IMG/VR virus record: IMGVR_UViG_3300009156_000035 | Location: 1-55,020 of that record | Source of the DNA: a virus | Taxonomy: Duplodnaviria; Caudoviricetes | Length of the DNA stretch: 55,020 bases | Direction: 5' to 3' (one strand) | Part shown: one piece after another, positions 27,090 through 37,400 of the stretch | Layout: every line of letters starts with the position of its first letter | Position numbering within the stretch: position 1 is the first letter of the stretch | The notes under the pieces: model-generated | The model's database searches: none | What the model saw: the letters and a program-made list of their open reading frames with translations, nothing else | What the model was told of the DNA's origin: nothing | Program-made: the position numbers and the translations under genes

Positions 27090-27184
27090 ACGCTACAATG
27101 TGGGAGCCGGACAGGCGGCGGGAGGGGGGATGTCGCGGCGCTACCAGGGCCGGAGAACCCCTCCCGCCTAACAGCCTACTCCTG

Positions 27185-27259
27185 TCAGCGCAGTGCGCGG
27201 AGAATGGCGACGACGAGCAGGATGATCAGCAGGATGATCAGGATCGTGCCGAGCGTCAT
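27185..27259 (-). CDS. 24-aa hydrophobic peptide (not in ORF track)
   Basis: MTLGTILIILLIILLVVAILRALR; ATGA overlap. Confidence 0.55.
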   Translation of the reverse strand: MTLGTILIILLIILLVVAILRALR

Positions 27260-27441
27260 GGGCGGCGCATCCTCTCCTTGAGCTTCTTCGCGCCCGCCTC
27301 GGCGCGCTCCAGCTCCTCCGGCGTCATCTTCGAGAACGGCTTGCGGTCGCGCACGTCGATCTCGCCCCAGTCGGCCACGTCGCTGGGCTTGTCCGGCGCG
27401 TAGCCCGGCTCGCCCCAGGGCTTGTCCTGGTCCTCACTCAT
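27256..27441 (-). CDS. Small protein downstream of zeta-like gene (possible antitoxin/immunity)
   Basis: MSEDQDK start overlapping the end of the upstream gene; function inferred from position only. Confidence 0.5.
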   Translation of the reverse strand: MSEDQDKPWGEPGYAPDKPSDVADWGEIDVRDRKPFSKMTPEELERAEAGAKKLKERMRRP

Positions 27442-28828
27442 TCGCCTTCGCCTCCATCTGCGCGTACCGCTTCCGGTCAAGGATCTCAATCGGGCCACCC
27501 GCCACCCGGTGCGCGATCATCCGTCGACCACCCTGGGCGTCGTCGTCGTTGGCCCAGACCTCCCAGTCGCTGGCCATGTCGCGCCACTCCAGGTGCCGCT
27601 GAGTGACGTTCTTGTGCAGGCTGCGGATCGCCGACTCGGAGACCTTACGCCCAGCGCCGCCGTACTCCTTCGCCTCGTCCTCGGTGCGCTTCTTCGCCCG
27701 CTTGATCGCCTCGTCGGTGGGGATGTCCACCATCACGATCTTGGTGCGATAGCCAGCCGCCTCAGCGGCGCGTACCTTGTCCATGAACTTGCCCTCGGGG
27801 TAGCGCTCCGACGGTCCCTGCGCGTCACCCGTGCCGTCGACGACGATCGGGAAGCCCGCCTCTTCGGCGTCCTTCTTGATGCTGGCCGCGATGTAGCTCG
27901 ACTCCTCGTGCGAGAGCATCGCCCAGCGCCAGTCGTTGCTCTTGATCAGGTCCTGCGCCTCATCCGACAGCGGCTTGATCTCGTCCGGATTGACGAGCAC
28001 GTTCCCCTCGCCGACGTCGAGCAGCCCTTCCTTGAACTCGCCGCTGCCGTCCATCTTCGGCTTGCCGACGATCGAACTCTTGCCGGAGGCCGTGCCGCCA
28101 GCCATGAACAGCGCCATCGGCTTCTCCCCGGCGGGCGGCTGGTGGCCCTCTCCGATGAAGAAGGCGCGCGTGGCGGCGTGGAACTCCCGGCGCTCGGGCG
28201 TGTACTCGCCGTTGGGCGCGAAGTTGTGGTGGAACGCCTCCTTGTGGGCGTCCAGCTCAATGGCGAGGAAGGCTTCGTAGCCGTCGGGGAAGTGCTGGTT
28301 CATGGCCTCGACCACGCCGACGGCGTTCAAGTCTTCGAGCGGGATGCCGTGCATCTCCGTGACACCGTTCTCGGTGAGCCAGCCTCGCGCGTCTGAGATC
28401 GCCTCGCGCGGGCGCAGCGCCTTGTAGTAGCCCGCTGAGGCGTCGTCGTCGGCTGGCCCCTTCAGCCAGGCGGGGCGCTTGTGCCCGCGCTCCTCGTCCT
28501 CGCCGGAGGGTGCGCTCGTGTCGTCCTTGCGCCGGAACTCCCCGCCTGCCTCGCTGCCCTTCGGGTGGCGGGGGTGATCGGCCTCGACGAACGCGGCTGC
28601 GGTGATGGAGGCGACGATCCCGACCACCTCGTCCTCGTCACCCTTGAACGGCGTCCAGTAGCCGCGCGAGAGGATCGACTGCACGTAGGCAGGCTCTGAG
28701 ACGGTGCGGCGGCGGGTGTCGACGATGACACCGCGCGTCTGATCGAACGGCGTCTCACCGCTCGGGTCTGGGTCGATCTGCACCAGCACGATGCTGCTGT
28801 TGCGCTCAGCTACGGCCTTCACCGCCAC
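27434..28828 (-). CDS. HPR-tagged zeta-toxin/P-loop kinase family protein
   Basis: MAGGTASGKSS Walker A, VNPDEIK, HEESS, VVDGTG, GRKVSE motifs; RBS AGGAGGAGG. Confidence 0.8.
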   Translation of the reverse strand: MAVKAVAERNSSIVLVQIDPDPSGETPFDQTRGVIVDTRRRTVSEPAYVQSILSRGYWTPFKGDEDEVVGIVASITAAAFVEADHPRHPKGSEAGGEFRRKDDTSAPSGEDEERGHKRPAWLKGPADDDASAGYYKALRPREAISDARGWLTENGVTEMHGIPLEDLNAVGVVEAMNQHFPDGYEAFLAIELDAHKEAFHHNFAPNGEYTPERREFHAATRAFFIGEGHQPPAGEKPMALFMAGGTASGKSSIVGKPKMDGSGEFKEGLLDVGEGNVLVNPDEIKPLSDEAQDLIKSNDWRWAMLSHEESSYIAASIKKDAEEAGFPIVVDGTGDAQGPSERYPEGKFMDKVRAAEAAGYRTKIVMVDIPTDEAIKRAKKRTEDEAKEYGGAGRKVSESAIRSLHKNVTQRHLEWRDMASDWEVWANDDDAQGGRRMIAHRVAGGPIEILDRKRYAQMEAKANE

Positions 28829-28846
28829 CTCCTCCTTCTATCGAGC

Positions 28847-31462
28847 TTAGCTGTCATCCATGTCCCCTGGCTCCTCGCCGTTCTCGTCGACGACCTCCAG
28901 CCTGATCCCGCGCGCCGCGAGCCGCTTGCGGTAGTCGCGAAGCTGCGCGAAGTCGGCGCTGTCCCACGCCCCGTAGCTCGCCGTCTCCACGCGGACGGCC
29001 TCGACGTCGTCGAGCGTGACGCCGCCGTGGTACTGCGTTTCGATCGCGTCGCCGTCGAAGAGGCCCGTCTCGTTGACGTGGTCGCTGACGTCCACTATGC
29101 CCAGCCCCGCGTCTCCGTAGCCGGGCGGCACGGTCGAGCGCCAGCCGGGGTTCCTGAGCGGCCCTGGGACAACCGGTCGCGAGAGGCTGTCCACGAACGT
29201 GACGGTCGTGCGCGACTTCAGCTCCGGCTTCAAGAACCACGTCACCTCGCCGTACTGGCTGAAGTCGTTGTCGTCTTCGGGGTGGTCGAGCCAGCCGTAG
29301 ATCGGCCTCTGCTCGGCAGGCAGGTCCTGCGGGTAGCCGAAGAACATCTCCTCCTGCGCCGCGCGGATCGGCGGGCTGAAGAAGCCCCCGGAGCTGGCCG
29401 TCTCGAACTGCGTCTTGAAGCGCGGCTCCTCGTCCATCATCGACTGCATCGCCTCGAAGGTGGTCGTGGTGCGTAGCTCGCCCTCCTCGCCGATCTCGCG
29501 CATCCTCTCCTCGACGTCGTCGCGGTAGGTCGCGAGCTGCTTGTCCCACTCGGGGCCACCGACCTCGACCGGCTCGTCGCGCGTCCAGTAGTCGCGGTCG
29601 ATCGTCTCGCGCATGTAGTCGAAGTCGACCGAGTACGGCATCGCCGGGTTCAGGTCGCCTCTCCAGGCCGTGTCGGAGTTGGCGACCATGTCGTAGGTCG
29701 CGCCCCGGTACTCGGCCTCGCGCGGCAAGACGGCCGGGCCTTTCCAGCTCGGGTCACGAGCTGAGCCGAGCGTCTCTGGTGCGACTGGTTCAGCTGGGCC
29801 AATCCTCAGCGGGACAGGCTCTCCTGGGAAGAAGCCTTCCGGAGGCACCGGCCGCTCGTAGATTCGGCCGGTAGGCAGCACCTTGAACCACACGCCGGAC
29901 TCCTGCTTCTCCCACACGCCGGGGTTCGGCCCCCCCGTCACTCGGATCCTTGTTCCCACCGGATAGCGGGTCAGCTCCTCCGAGTCGAGCGCGCCCACCT
30001 GCGGCGGCTGTTCAACCCCACCTCCATCCTTCGGCCTGAACTCACCACCGATGCCGCCGGGGGTGCCCGCTGGCCAGCGCGGGTGCTCGCTCTCGACGTA
30101 GCCAGCCGCGCCTAGCTGCCGCCGGAGCACCGGCAGGTACAGGTGCTGGTGCCCGGCGCGCATCGCTGCCGCCACGCGGTTGTGACCGTCGGCGATGTAG
30201 AGCCGCCCGTCGTCCCCCTCTGCGACGCGCACCGAGTCGAGCAGCTCCGGCAGGTTGCCCTCCTCGCGCAGCTCCTGCAGGTACTCCTCGACGCGCACGG
30301 CGGAGACGACGTCCTGTGTCGGCACCAGCTGGCTCACGTCAACGGTCTCCATGTCCGGCCGCTGCTCTCTGAGCTGCCCCCAGTCGCTCACAGCGGCCTC
30401 CAGGGACGTCGCGGGCGCTTGGGCGAAGATCTCACCGACCGGCGTGCGCGGGCGCTCTCCTTCGATCCTGACGCGTCCTGGGCCACGTTCGAAGCCCTGC
30501 AGCCCGACGAAGGTGTCCTGGACGCCCTTCGGGGCGAACTCGCCACCCTCCGGCGTGCCCGGCGCGTGGCGCGGGTGCTTCGCCGGATCCCAGCCTGCGG
30601 CGGTCACTCCGGCCAATCCCTCGACGAACCGACGCATGTGGCCAGCCCACTCCGGCCAATCCTCCTCCCGGAACTTCGGGTCGGTCACCACCGCGAACGC
30701 CTCCGGAAACTCCTCGTCCCCAGTGATGTCCGAGTAGGTGGACAGCTGCTCGCGGATGTCCGGAGAGCGCGGCATGAACGAGCGGAACTCCTCGCGCTGC
30801 TCAGGCGTAAGCTCTGCCTCCACCTGGTGGCCGTATTCGTGCCTGAGCGTGGCTGGAGCGCCGCCTGTGTCGTTCACATACGACTGCCCCGGCTTGATCG
30901 GACCCGAGACCGCCTGGTCGAGGCCAAGCTCGCGCACCACCGACATCCGGTTGCCGGTCAGCCGCTTGGCCGTGCCCGGCGGCGTCAGCAGGTTGGTCGC
31001 CTCGTCACTCGCCTCGCTGACGATCGGCAGCACCTCGTCCGGCCCGAAGATCTTCTCCACCTGGACGAACAGATCCGAGCGGCGGTTGTACTCAAGCGCC
31101 TTCGCGATCTGCGCGTGGATCCGGGGGTCCTGGGAGATCGCGGTCTCCGCGAACCGCGCCCAGTTCTCCTCCGCCTTCAGCACATCAGCCGGGTCCGTGG
31201 TCTTCCCCCTGCGCCGGGCCGTCTCCTCAATCCCCTTGGCCAACCGCTTGCCCACGTTCTTCGGCGCGAACTGCCCGCCTTCCGCCACGCCCTCGGGATG
31301 GCGAGGGTGCTTCGACTCGTCCCACCCGGCAGCCTGCAGCCGGTCTCCGGTGACGTCCTCCAGCGGCTCCGCCTTGAGCAGCTCGTACGCCTCACCGAAG
31401 GCGACGCCCAGCCAGTCCGCGTAGGCGGCGACGAAGTCGTCTGTGAGCTGGTCGACTGCCAT
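28847..31462 (-). CDS. Polyvalent protein: HExxH peptidase-like + ParB/Srx-like + DUF3626-like modules, 3 HPR tags
   Basis: HEYGH…EEFPEAF; LVPTQ…IADGHNR; RFKTQFETASSGG…RPIYG…QYG…ETQYHGGV. Confidence 0.75.
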   Translation of the reverse strand: MAVDQLTDDFVAAYADWLGVAFGEAYELLKAEPLEDVTGDRLQAAGWDESKHPRHPEGVAEGGQFAPKNVGKRLAKGIEETARRRGKTTDPADVLKAEENWARFAETAISQDPRIHAQIAKALEYNRRSDLFVQVEKIFGPDEVLPIVSEASDEATNLLTPPGTAKRLTGNRMSVVRELGLDQAVSGPIKPGQSYVNDTGGAPATLRHEYGHQVEAELTPEQREEFRSFMPRSPDIREQLSTYSDITGDEEFPEAFAVVTDPKFREEDWPEWAGHMRRFVEGLAGVTAAGWDPAKHPRHAPGTPEGGEFAPKGVQDTFVGLQGFERGPGRVRIEGERPRTPVGEIFAQAPATSLEAAVSDWGQLREQRPDMETVDVSQLVPTQDVVSAVRVEEYLQELREEGNLPELLDSVRVAEGDDGRLYIADGHNRVAAAMRAGHQHLYLPVLRRQLGAAGYVESEHPRWPAGTPGGIGGEFRPKDGGGVEQPPQVGALDSEELTRYPVGTRIRVTGGPNPGVWEKQESGVWFKVLPTGRIYERPVPPEGFFPGEPVPLRIGPAEPVAPETLGSARDPSWKGPAVLPREAEYRGATYDMVANSDTAWRGDLNPAMPYSVDFDYMRETIDRDYWTRDEPVEVGGPEWDKQLATYRDDVEERMREIGEEGELRTTTTFEAMQSMMDEEPRFKTQFETASSGGFFSPPIRAAQEEMFFGYPQDLPAEQRPIYGWLDHPEDDNDFSQYGEVTWFLKPELKSRTTVTFVDSLSRPVVPGPLRNPGWRSTVPPGYGDAGLGIVDVSDHVNETGLFDGDAIETQYHGGVTLDDVEAVRVETASYGAWDSADFAQLRDYRKRLAARGIRLEVVDENGEEPGDMDDS

Positions 31463-34400
31463 CAGCTGGTCTGCATCTGCTTGAGCTTGCGTTCGCGCTC
31501 AGCGTAGACCTCGGCTGCTGCGTCGCTGACCTTGGGCTTCGCGACACCGGCTGGCACCTTGAGCAGGCCGCGCTCTTCGAGCACGCGATCCCAGGCGGCG
31601 TTGACGTTCTCCAGGTCCTTGCCCTTGAGGTAGCCGGGGTACTCCGGCGGGAAGAGGTTCGTCTCCTGGCTGAACGCGTGGCGGGTGGTGCGGGCGATCT
31701 TGCTGCCAGGATTCTTCGCGGCGATGTACTGCTCGAACGAGCGTGCCACCATCTCCTCCGGATTCATCAGGTACTGCACGTGCCTCGGCCCCGGCCGGAA
31801 GTAGCGACCGCCGTACTGGAACTCCGCGCCCTGCATGCCGCCCGCCAGCCCTCGGTACATGTCCGTTTCCTTGATCGCGGTGACGACCGGAGCGAGGGTG
31901 CCGTAAGGATCGGAGGACGAGTAGTTGAACCAGTTCTCTCGGCCCTTCTCGCTACCGACGTACTTCGGGTCGGCCCAGGCGTCCTGGCCGAGCAGCGAGT
32001 CGAGGTAGTGGCCCAGCTCGTGCGTAGCCGAGCTGATGGGGTTCACGCCGTCGGGCGCGAGCGTGATCCGGTCGGGCTTCATCGTGCCCTCGTAGCGCCA
32101 GAAGACGCCCTGGTTCGCCTTCCCTTTCTGCCCCGGCCCCACCTTCAGGCCCGGCTCGCCGGGCACCGCTGGCCAGTGCATCGTCTGGTCGATCGTCTTC
32201 GCGGCCTCTAGCACCGGCTCGACGATGTCGGGGCCGCTGATGACCAGCTTGTCGAGCACCGAGCGGACCTCGCCGCGCTGCATCGGCCCAGTCGAGCGCT
32301 CGCCGGGGTCCGGGAGCCGGAGCAGCTCGCGCAGGTTGAACGGATCCTCGGAGACCTCACTGCCGTTCTTGGCGCGGAACTCGCCGCCGCGCTCCGACCC
32401 CTTGGGGTGACGGGGGTGGTCTGCCTCGACGAAGGCGGCTGCCCGCACCGGCTGCTCCTTCAGGTCGCGGTCGCCGACGAGGATGACCTCCTCCGACTCC
32501 GGCTCACCGATCCCTGTCCAGGGCAGCGACCAGACGTTGCTGGCCGGGGTCACCATCTTGCGGACGACGCCGTCGGCGGGCTTGCCGTACCAGTTCGACA
32601 TCCCCTTTGCGTAGTCGTCCGCCGTCTCGCGGCGGAGCGCCGTCGCGGACGCGGGCCACAGCCCTTCCGGCTGGCGCGTCGTGTCGCCCCGGTAGAGCGT
32701 CAGCTGGTCGATCCCGAGCCTGTCCAGCTCCGCCTGTGTCTCGCCGTACACGGCGCGCACGAACTTCCGCAGGCCGGGGTGCCCGTAGGCTGGCCCCATC
32801 TGGCTGTAGTACGAGTTGTTGCGCCAGCGATCCTTGGCCAGCATCGCGGCGGGCTTGTCCAGCCCGAACTCGTCAGCGACCGCGTCCTTGATCGCCATCG
32901 CCGTGAAGGTGTCCTGTCCGTTGGCCCAGCCCTGGTGGAGCGCCTGCACCTTCTCCAGCGTCGTGCCGAACGGCATGTAGCGGTCACTCTCGTCCCCGAC
33001 CTCCAGCGCGAAGATCTCTGGCAGCTCAGCGAAGTCAGGGTCACCCTCCAGCCGATCGGCGAGGCGCTGGGTGACCTTCGTGTAGTACGCCTTGCGGTGC
33101 TTCAGCTGCTCGGCGCGCGCTTCCCGGTTCTCGGGCTTCCAGTAGTCCCCGGTGGGGATCTTGACGCCCCCGCTGGCCTCCTCGACGTTCTGCTCCATGA
33201 CCGCCAGCAGCCTGTCCTCATCGAACTTCTCGCCCTCCGGCCGCGTGTGCGGCTCCTCCTCCTTCCGCTTGACCGCCTCCGCCGACTGCTGCTCGCGGAC
33301 GGCCACCCAGTCGACCCACTGACCGCCGTGCTCACCACCGGGGTCGCGCGGCTGCGCCGGGTTGTAGCCTGCGGCGCTCAGCGCCTCGACGAGCGCCAGC
33401 GCGGCGTCGCGGATCTCTGTCCCTGCAGAGGCGCGGACGGTGTCGGCCGGTTCGATCGCGCCGTTGCGCAGCCGCGCCTTCTTCTTCAGCTGGAACTCGT
33501 GCTCGCCGGTCTGCATCAGCATGTGCCGGGGGATGCGGAACGAGCGGAGCGTCGGCGGCTCGCGGTTGATGTCCTGCGCGAACTGCGCCGTCGGGATCCC
33601 AGCGAACCACTTGCCGGTCGGGATCTCGTCGCCTTCGAGCCAGGCGTCGTACTCGGTGTCGGACATCCCCCGGTAGATCGTCACGAACCCAGGTTCGTCC
33701 GGCAGCCCACGGGCGGCATCGACGGCACGCGCGTAGTCACCGGCCAGGTCTGAGTCCGGCCCGTCCGGGAAGAAGTCCGTGTCGGTGATGTCGAGGACCT
33801 CTTCGACCTGGACGCCCTCCGGTTGCTCGAACCAGTCCTCGTCGGTCTCGTGCCGCTTGTTCGCTCCCTCCGGGTACGTCCAGACGGTGAAGCTCGGCTC
33901 CATCCCTCCCTCGGCGGCGGGCAGCGTCACCTCGAAGTCAGGCCCGCTGTCGGCGGCGCGCTCCGGGTCGAGCGCCACGTCCATGTCGCCGTCCGTCTGC
34001 GGGTTGAGCTGCGGCGTGATCTTCAGGCCAGCCACCTGCGCGCCGTTCAGGCGTGCCTGCAGCTTGGGCAGCTCACGGTTGACCCAGTCCTGGTACGTGC
34101 CCCAGGCCTCTTCCTGCAGGCCCTCGAAGTAGCCCACCGGGTAACCCTCCGCCTCGGTGTAGTAGGGGCGCATCCCCTCCGACCAGTCTCTGAACTCCTT
34201 CTCGGCCGTCGACCAGTCGACCTGCGCGCCAGCGGCGTTCTCGGCTCCGGACTCTGCGTCCTGCGCCTGCCGCGCGTCCTCGGCGGCTTCCTGGTACGTC
34301 TCGCGCACCGGCCCGGCCAGGGTGCGGCCTTCGTGCTTGCCAGGCACGTCGCGGTCCATCCGAAACGCCTGGTAGCCGATCGGCTTGTCGTTCTCGTCGC

Positions 34401-37400
34401 GGGCGATCATCGCGCCGTGGTAGAAGCCCTTCGGGGCGAACTCGCCGCCCTCGGGTGAGCCAGCCGGGTGGCGCGGGTGCTTGGCCGGGTCCCACCCTGC
34501 TGCCGTCAGGACTCCGACGATGTCCTCCTCGCGCAGCTCGACCTCCACCCAGACCGCTGCCGCGAGTCCTCCCTCGACGATCTCCTGCGCGTCTCGGATG
34601 TCCTTGCGGTGGCGGGCGGCGACCTGCTTTGCGATCTCCTCGTCGTCGTAGTCGTTGGGTGTCATGCCGTGCCCGGCCATGATCTTGTTCCCGAAGTTGA
34701 CGTCCCCGACCGGTAGTCCGAGCGCCGCCGTCATGTGCGAGTGATGCGGCTTCCCGTACTTGTCGACGAACCAGAACGCCAGCTCGTTGCCAGCGTGGTC
34801 GGTGATCGCCTTCCAGACAGGCTCCCCGTGCAGGGTGCCCATCCTGTTGGGCCAGAACTTGACGCTGTCCTTCGGCTCGAAGATCCCCATCGGGAAGTGG
34901 TCTGGCATCCGGCCCTGGCCGTACGTCTTCGCCCGCTCTGCCCGCTGGCGCTGGATCTCCTTCTCCAGCTGCGCTCCGAGTGGGCGGGATTGGCCGATGA
35001 ACTTGGGCGCGAACTCGCCGCCCTTGTCGGTTCCGGCGGGGTGACGGGGGTGCTGGCCCTCGACGAACGCGGATGCGTCCAGACCGCTGGGGCCGGTCTT
35101 GTGCGTGGCGCGCTGCTCGCGAGGCTTCTCGGTGATCGTCGTCTTCGTCTTCGGCATCGGCCCACCGGCCTTGCGCGGCAGCGGAGCCTTGTATTCGATC
35201 GTCACGAAGAAGTCGCCGCCGAAGTCGGCTGGCTCGTCCTGGCCGGTGAACGGGTTGGCGACGGTGCCGGGGTGGCGCACGGTCGCGTCGGCCTTGAACG
35301 AGGTGACGTGGCCGTACTTGACGTTCGTCCGCAGCGGGTGGATCTCGGTGATGAAGAACGGCTTCCCGAGGGGCATGATCCGATCAGCCGTCCCCCACGG
35401 GTCGTAGACGCCCTTCGTCTTCAGGTACTCGCCCAGCCCGGAACGGATGTCGCCGCTGATCGTGCCCTTGCGGAACTCCCCGCCCTCGTCGCTGCCCTTC
35501 GGGTGCCTGGGGTGCTTCGTCTCGTCCCAGGCCGCAGCAGCGAGAGCACGATCCTGCTGATTCTCCGGCAGCATCGCGTTGGCATCACGGATGTCGCGTC
35601 GGTGACGCTCGACGATCGCGTAGGGGTCTTGCTTCACGTAGTTGATGCTTGAGACGACCTCCCCGTAGCCAGAGGGCAGGAAGTAGAAGGCCCGGTCCTT
35701 TGGCAGCCCGAGGGCGTCGATCATGTGAAAGTGGTGCGGGCTGCCGTTGACGTTGACGAACCAGAACGCCTTCTCCTCTCCGGTATCAGCGTCGATCAGC
35801 GCCTTCCAGAACGGCCCGTACGGGGCGTCCTGCTGGAAGCCGGAGTAGGCCCCCATCTTCTCCGGCCAGAACTTCACGCTGTCCTCCGGCGTGAACTCGC
35901 CGGGCGGGAACCCCCGTGGCGCGTCGGTGCCCGCGCCGGTCTTGACCCACTGGCCCCCGCCTTCTCCGCCGGGATCTCGGGGCTGCGTCGGGTCGTAGCC
36001 AGCGGCGCTCACCGCCAGGTCGCCCTTCATCACGATCTGCTTGATCCCCGGAGGCCCGAACGCGTCCTTGCCGTAGATCAGCGTGCAGCGGCAGTTGATC
36101 ACGTTGCCGTCCGAGGCCGAGGGGTCGCCGGGGTAGAGCAGCTGCTCGCCGCCGACTGTGAACGGCTGTGAGATCGGCACCGTCTGTCCGTGCGCGTGGC
36201 GGTGGTCCATGCGGGTGCGCTCGTCCGGGGTCGCCAGCCAGGTCTTGAACTGCAGCTCCGGGCTGTTGACGACCACGGCTCGCTGCTGGCTTGCGCCGTT
36301 GGCGAGCGCGATCAGGTCGGTGCGCGCCAGCATCGTCGCCTGCCAGGGGGCGATCCCGTCGATCTTCTCCGTCAGTGCCTTCGCCGTCTGCGGGATCGAC
36401 CAGCCCTCGTGGAGGGAGTCGAGCATCACGTTGGCGGCGGCGTCCTGCACCCCGGCCACGAGGCGCTCTGCCTGCACGCCGACCTGCTGCTCCAGCAGCT
36501 TCGAGTACTCGGCGATTGCCTTCAGCTCGGCTGCGCGCTCCTCCGCGTTGAGGCCGTAGATGATGAGCAGCGCGTTGAGGATCTCGCGCAGCAGCTCGCG
36601 GCGGGCGACTCCGGTCAGACGGAGGAAGCTCTCGACGAGCGCAGCGGCCTTGACGACCTCCTCCGGCAGCGGCCCTCCGGCAGCCTGCACCACCACGCTC
36701 GCGGCCTTGTAGTCGACGGCGGCGCGACGGGCGGCGCGGCGGTAGACCTTCTCGTACTGGCGCTGCAGGCGCTCGACCGCCTTGAGCAGCCTCTCGTCGT
36801 CGAGGAGCGCTGAGGCAGCCATCGCCGGGGCGACGGAGATGATGTTCGCGTCCTTGATGTCCTTCTTGTGCCGCTTCGGGACCTCCTCGACGGCGTCCAT
36901 GATCAGCGAGTGCAGCTTGTTGCCGGTGCCCTCCAGCCGCATCATCTCGTCCTTCTTCACGCCCAGGTCGTTCGCGAAGTAGGAGGCCATCCAGCCCATG
37001 TCGGTGCTCGGGCCGAAGCCGCTGACCCGCAGCGGCCCCACGAGCACCTCGTCCATGCTTGGCGGCGTGATCCCGAGCGCGTGCGCCATGTCGAGGTGGT
37101 GCGGAGCGCCCATGTCGGTGACGAACCAGAACGCCAGCTCCTTGCCGCTCTTCGGATCGACCCATGCCTTCCAGGCAGCGCCGCCGGAGCCTTTGCCGAT
37201 CGGCAGCCCCCGGCCGATCTTCTCCGGCCAGAACTTGACCGGCCCGTCCGGGTCGAACTCGCCGGGCGGCAAGCGCCGGATCGGCTGTACGTTCCCCTCG
37301 CGGTCGACGAACCCAGGTGCGCCCTTGGGCGCGAACTCGCCGCCGGTCGAGCCGGGTGCGCCAGCGGGATGCCGGGGGTGCTTCGCCGGGTCGAAGGCGA

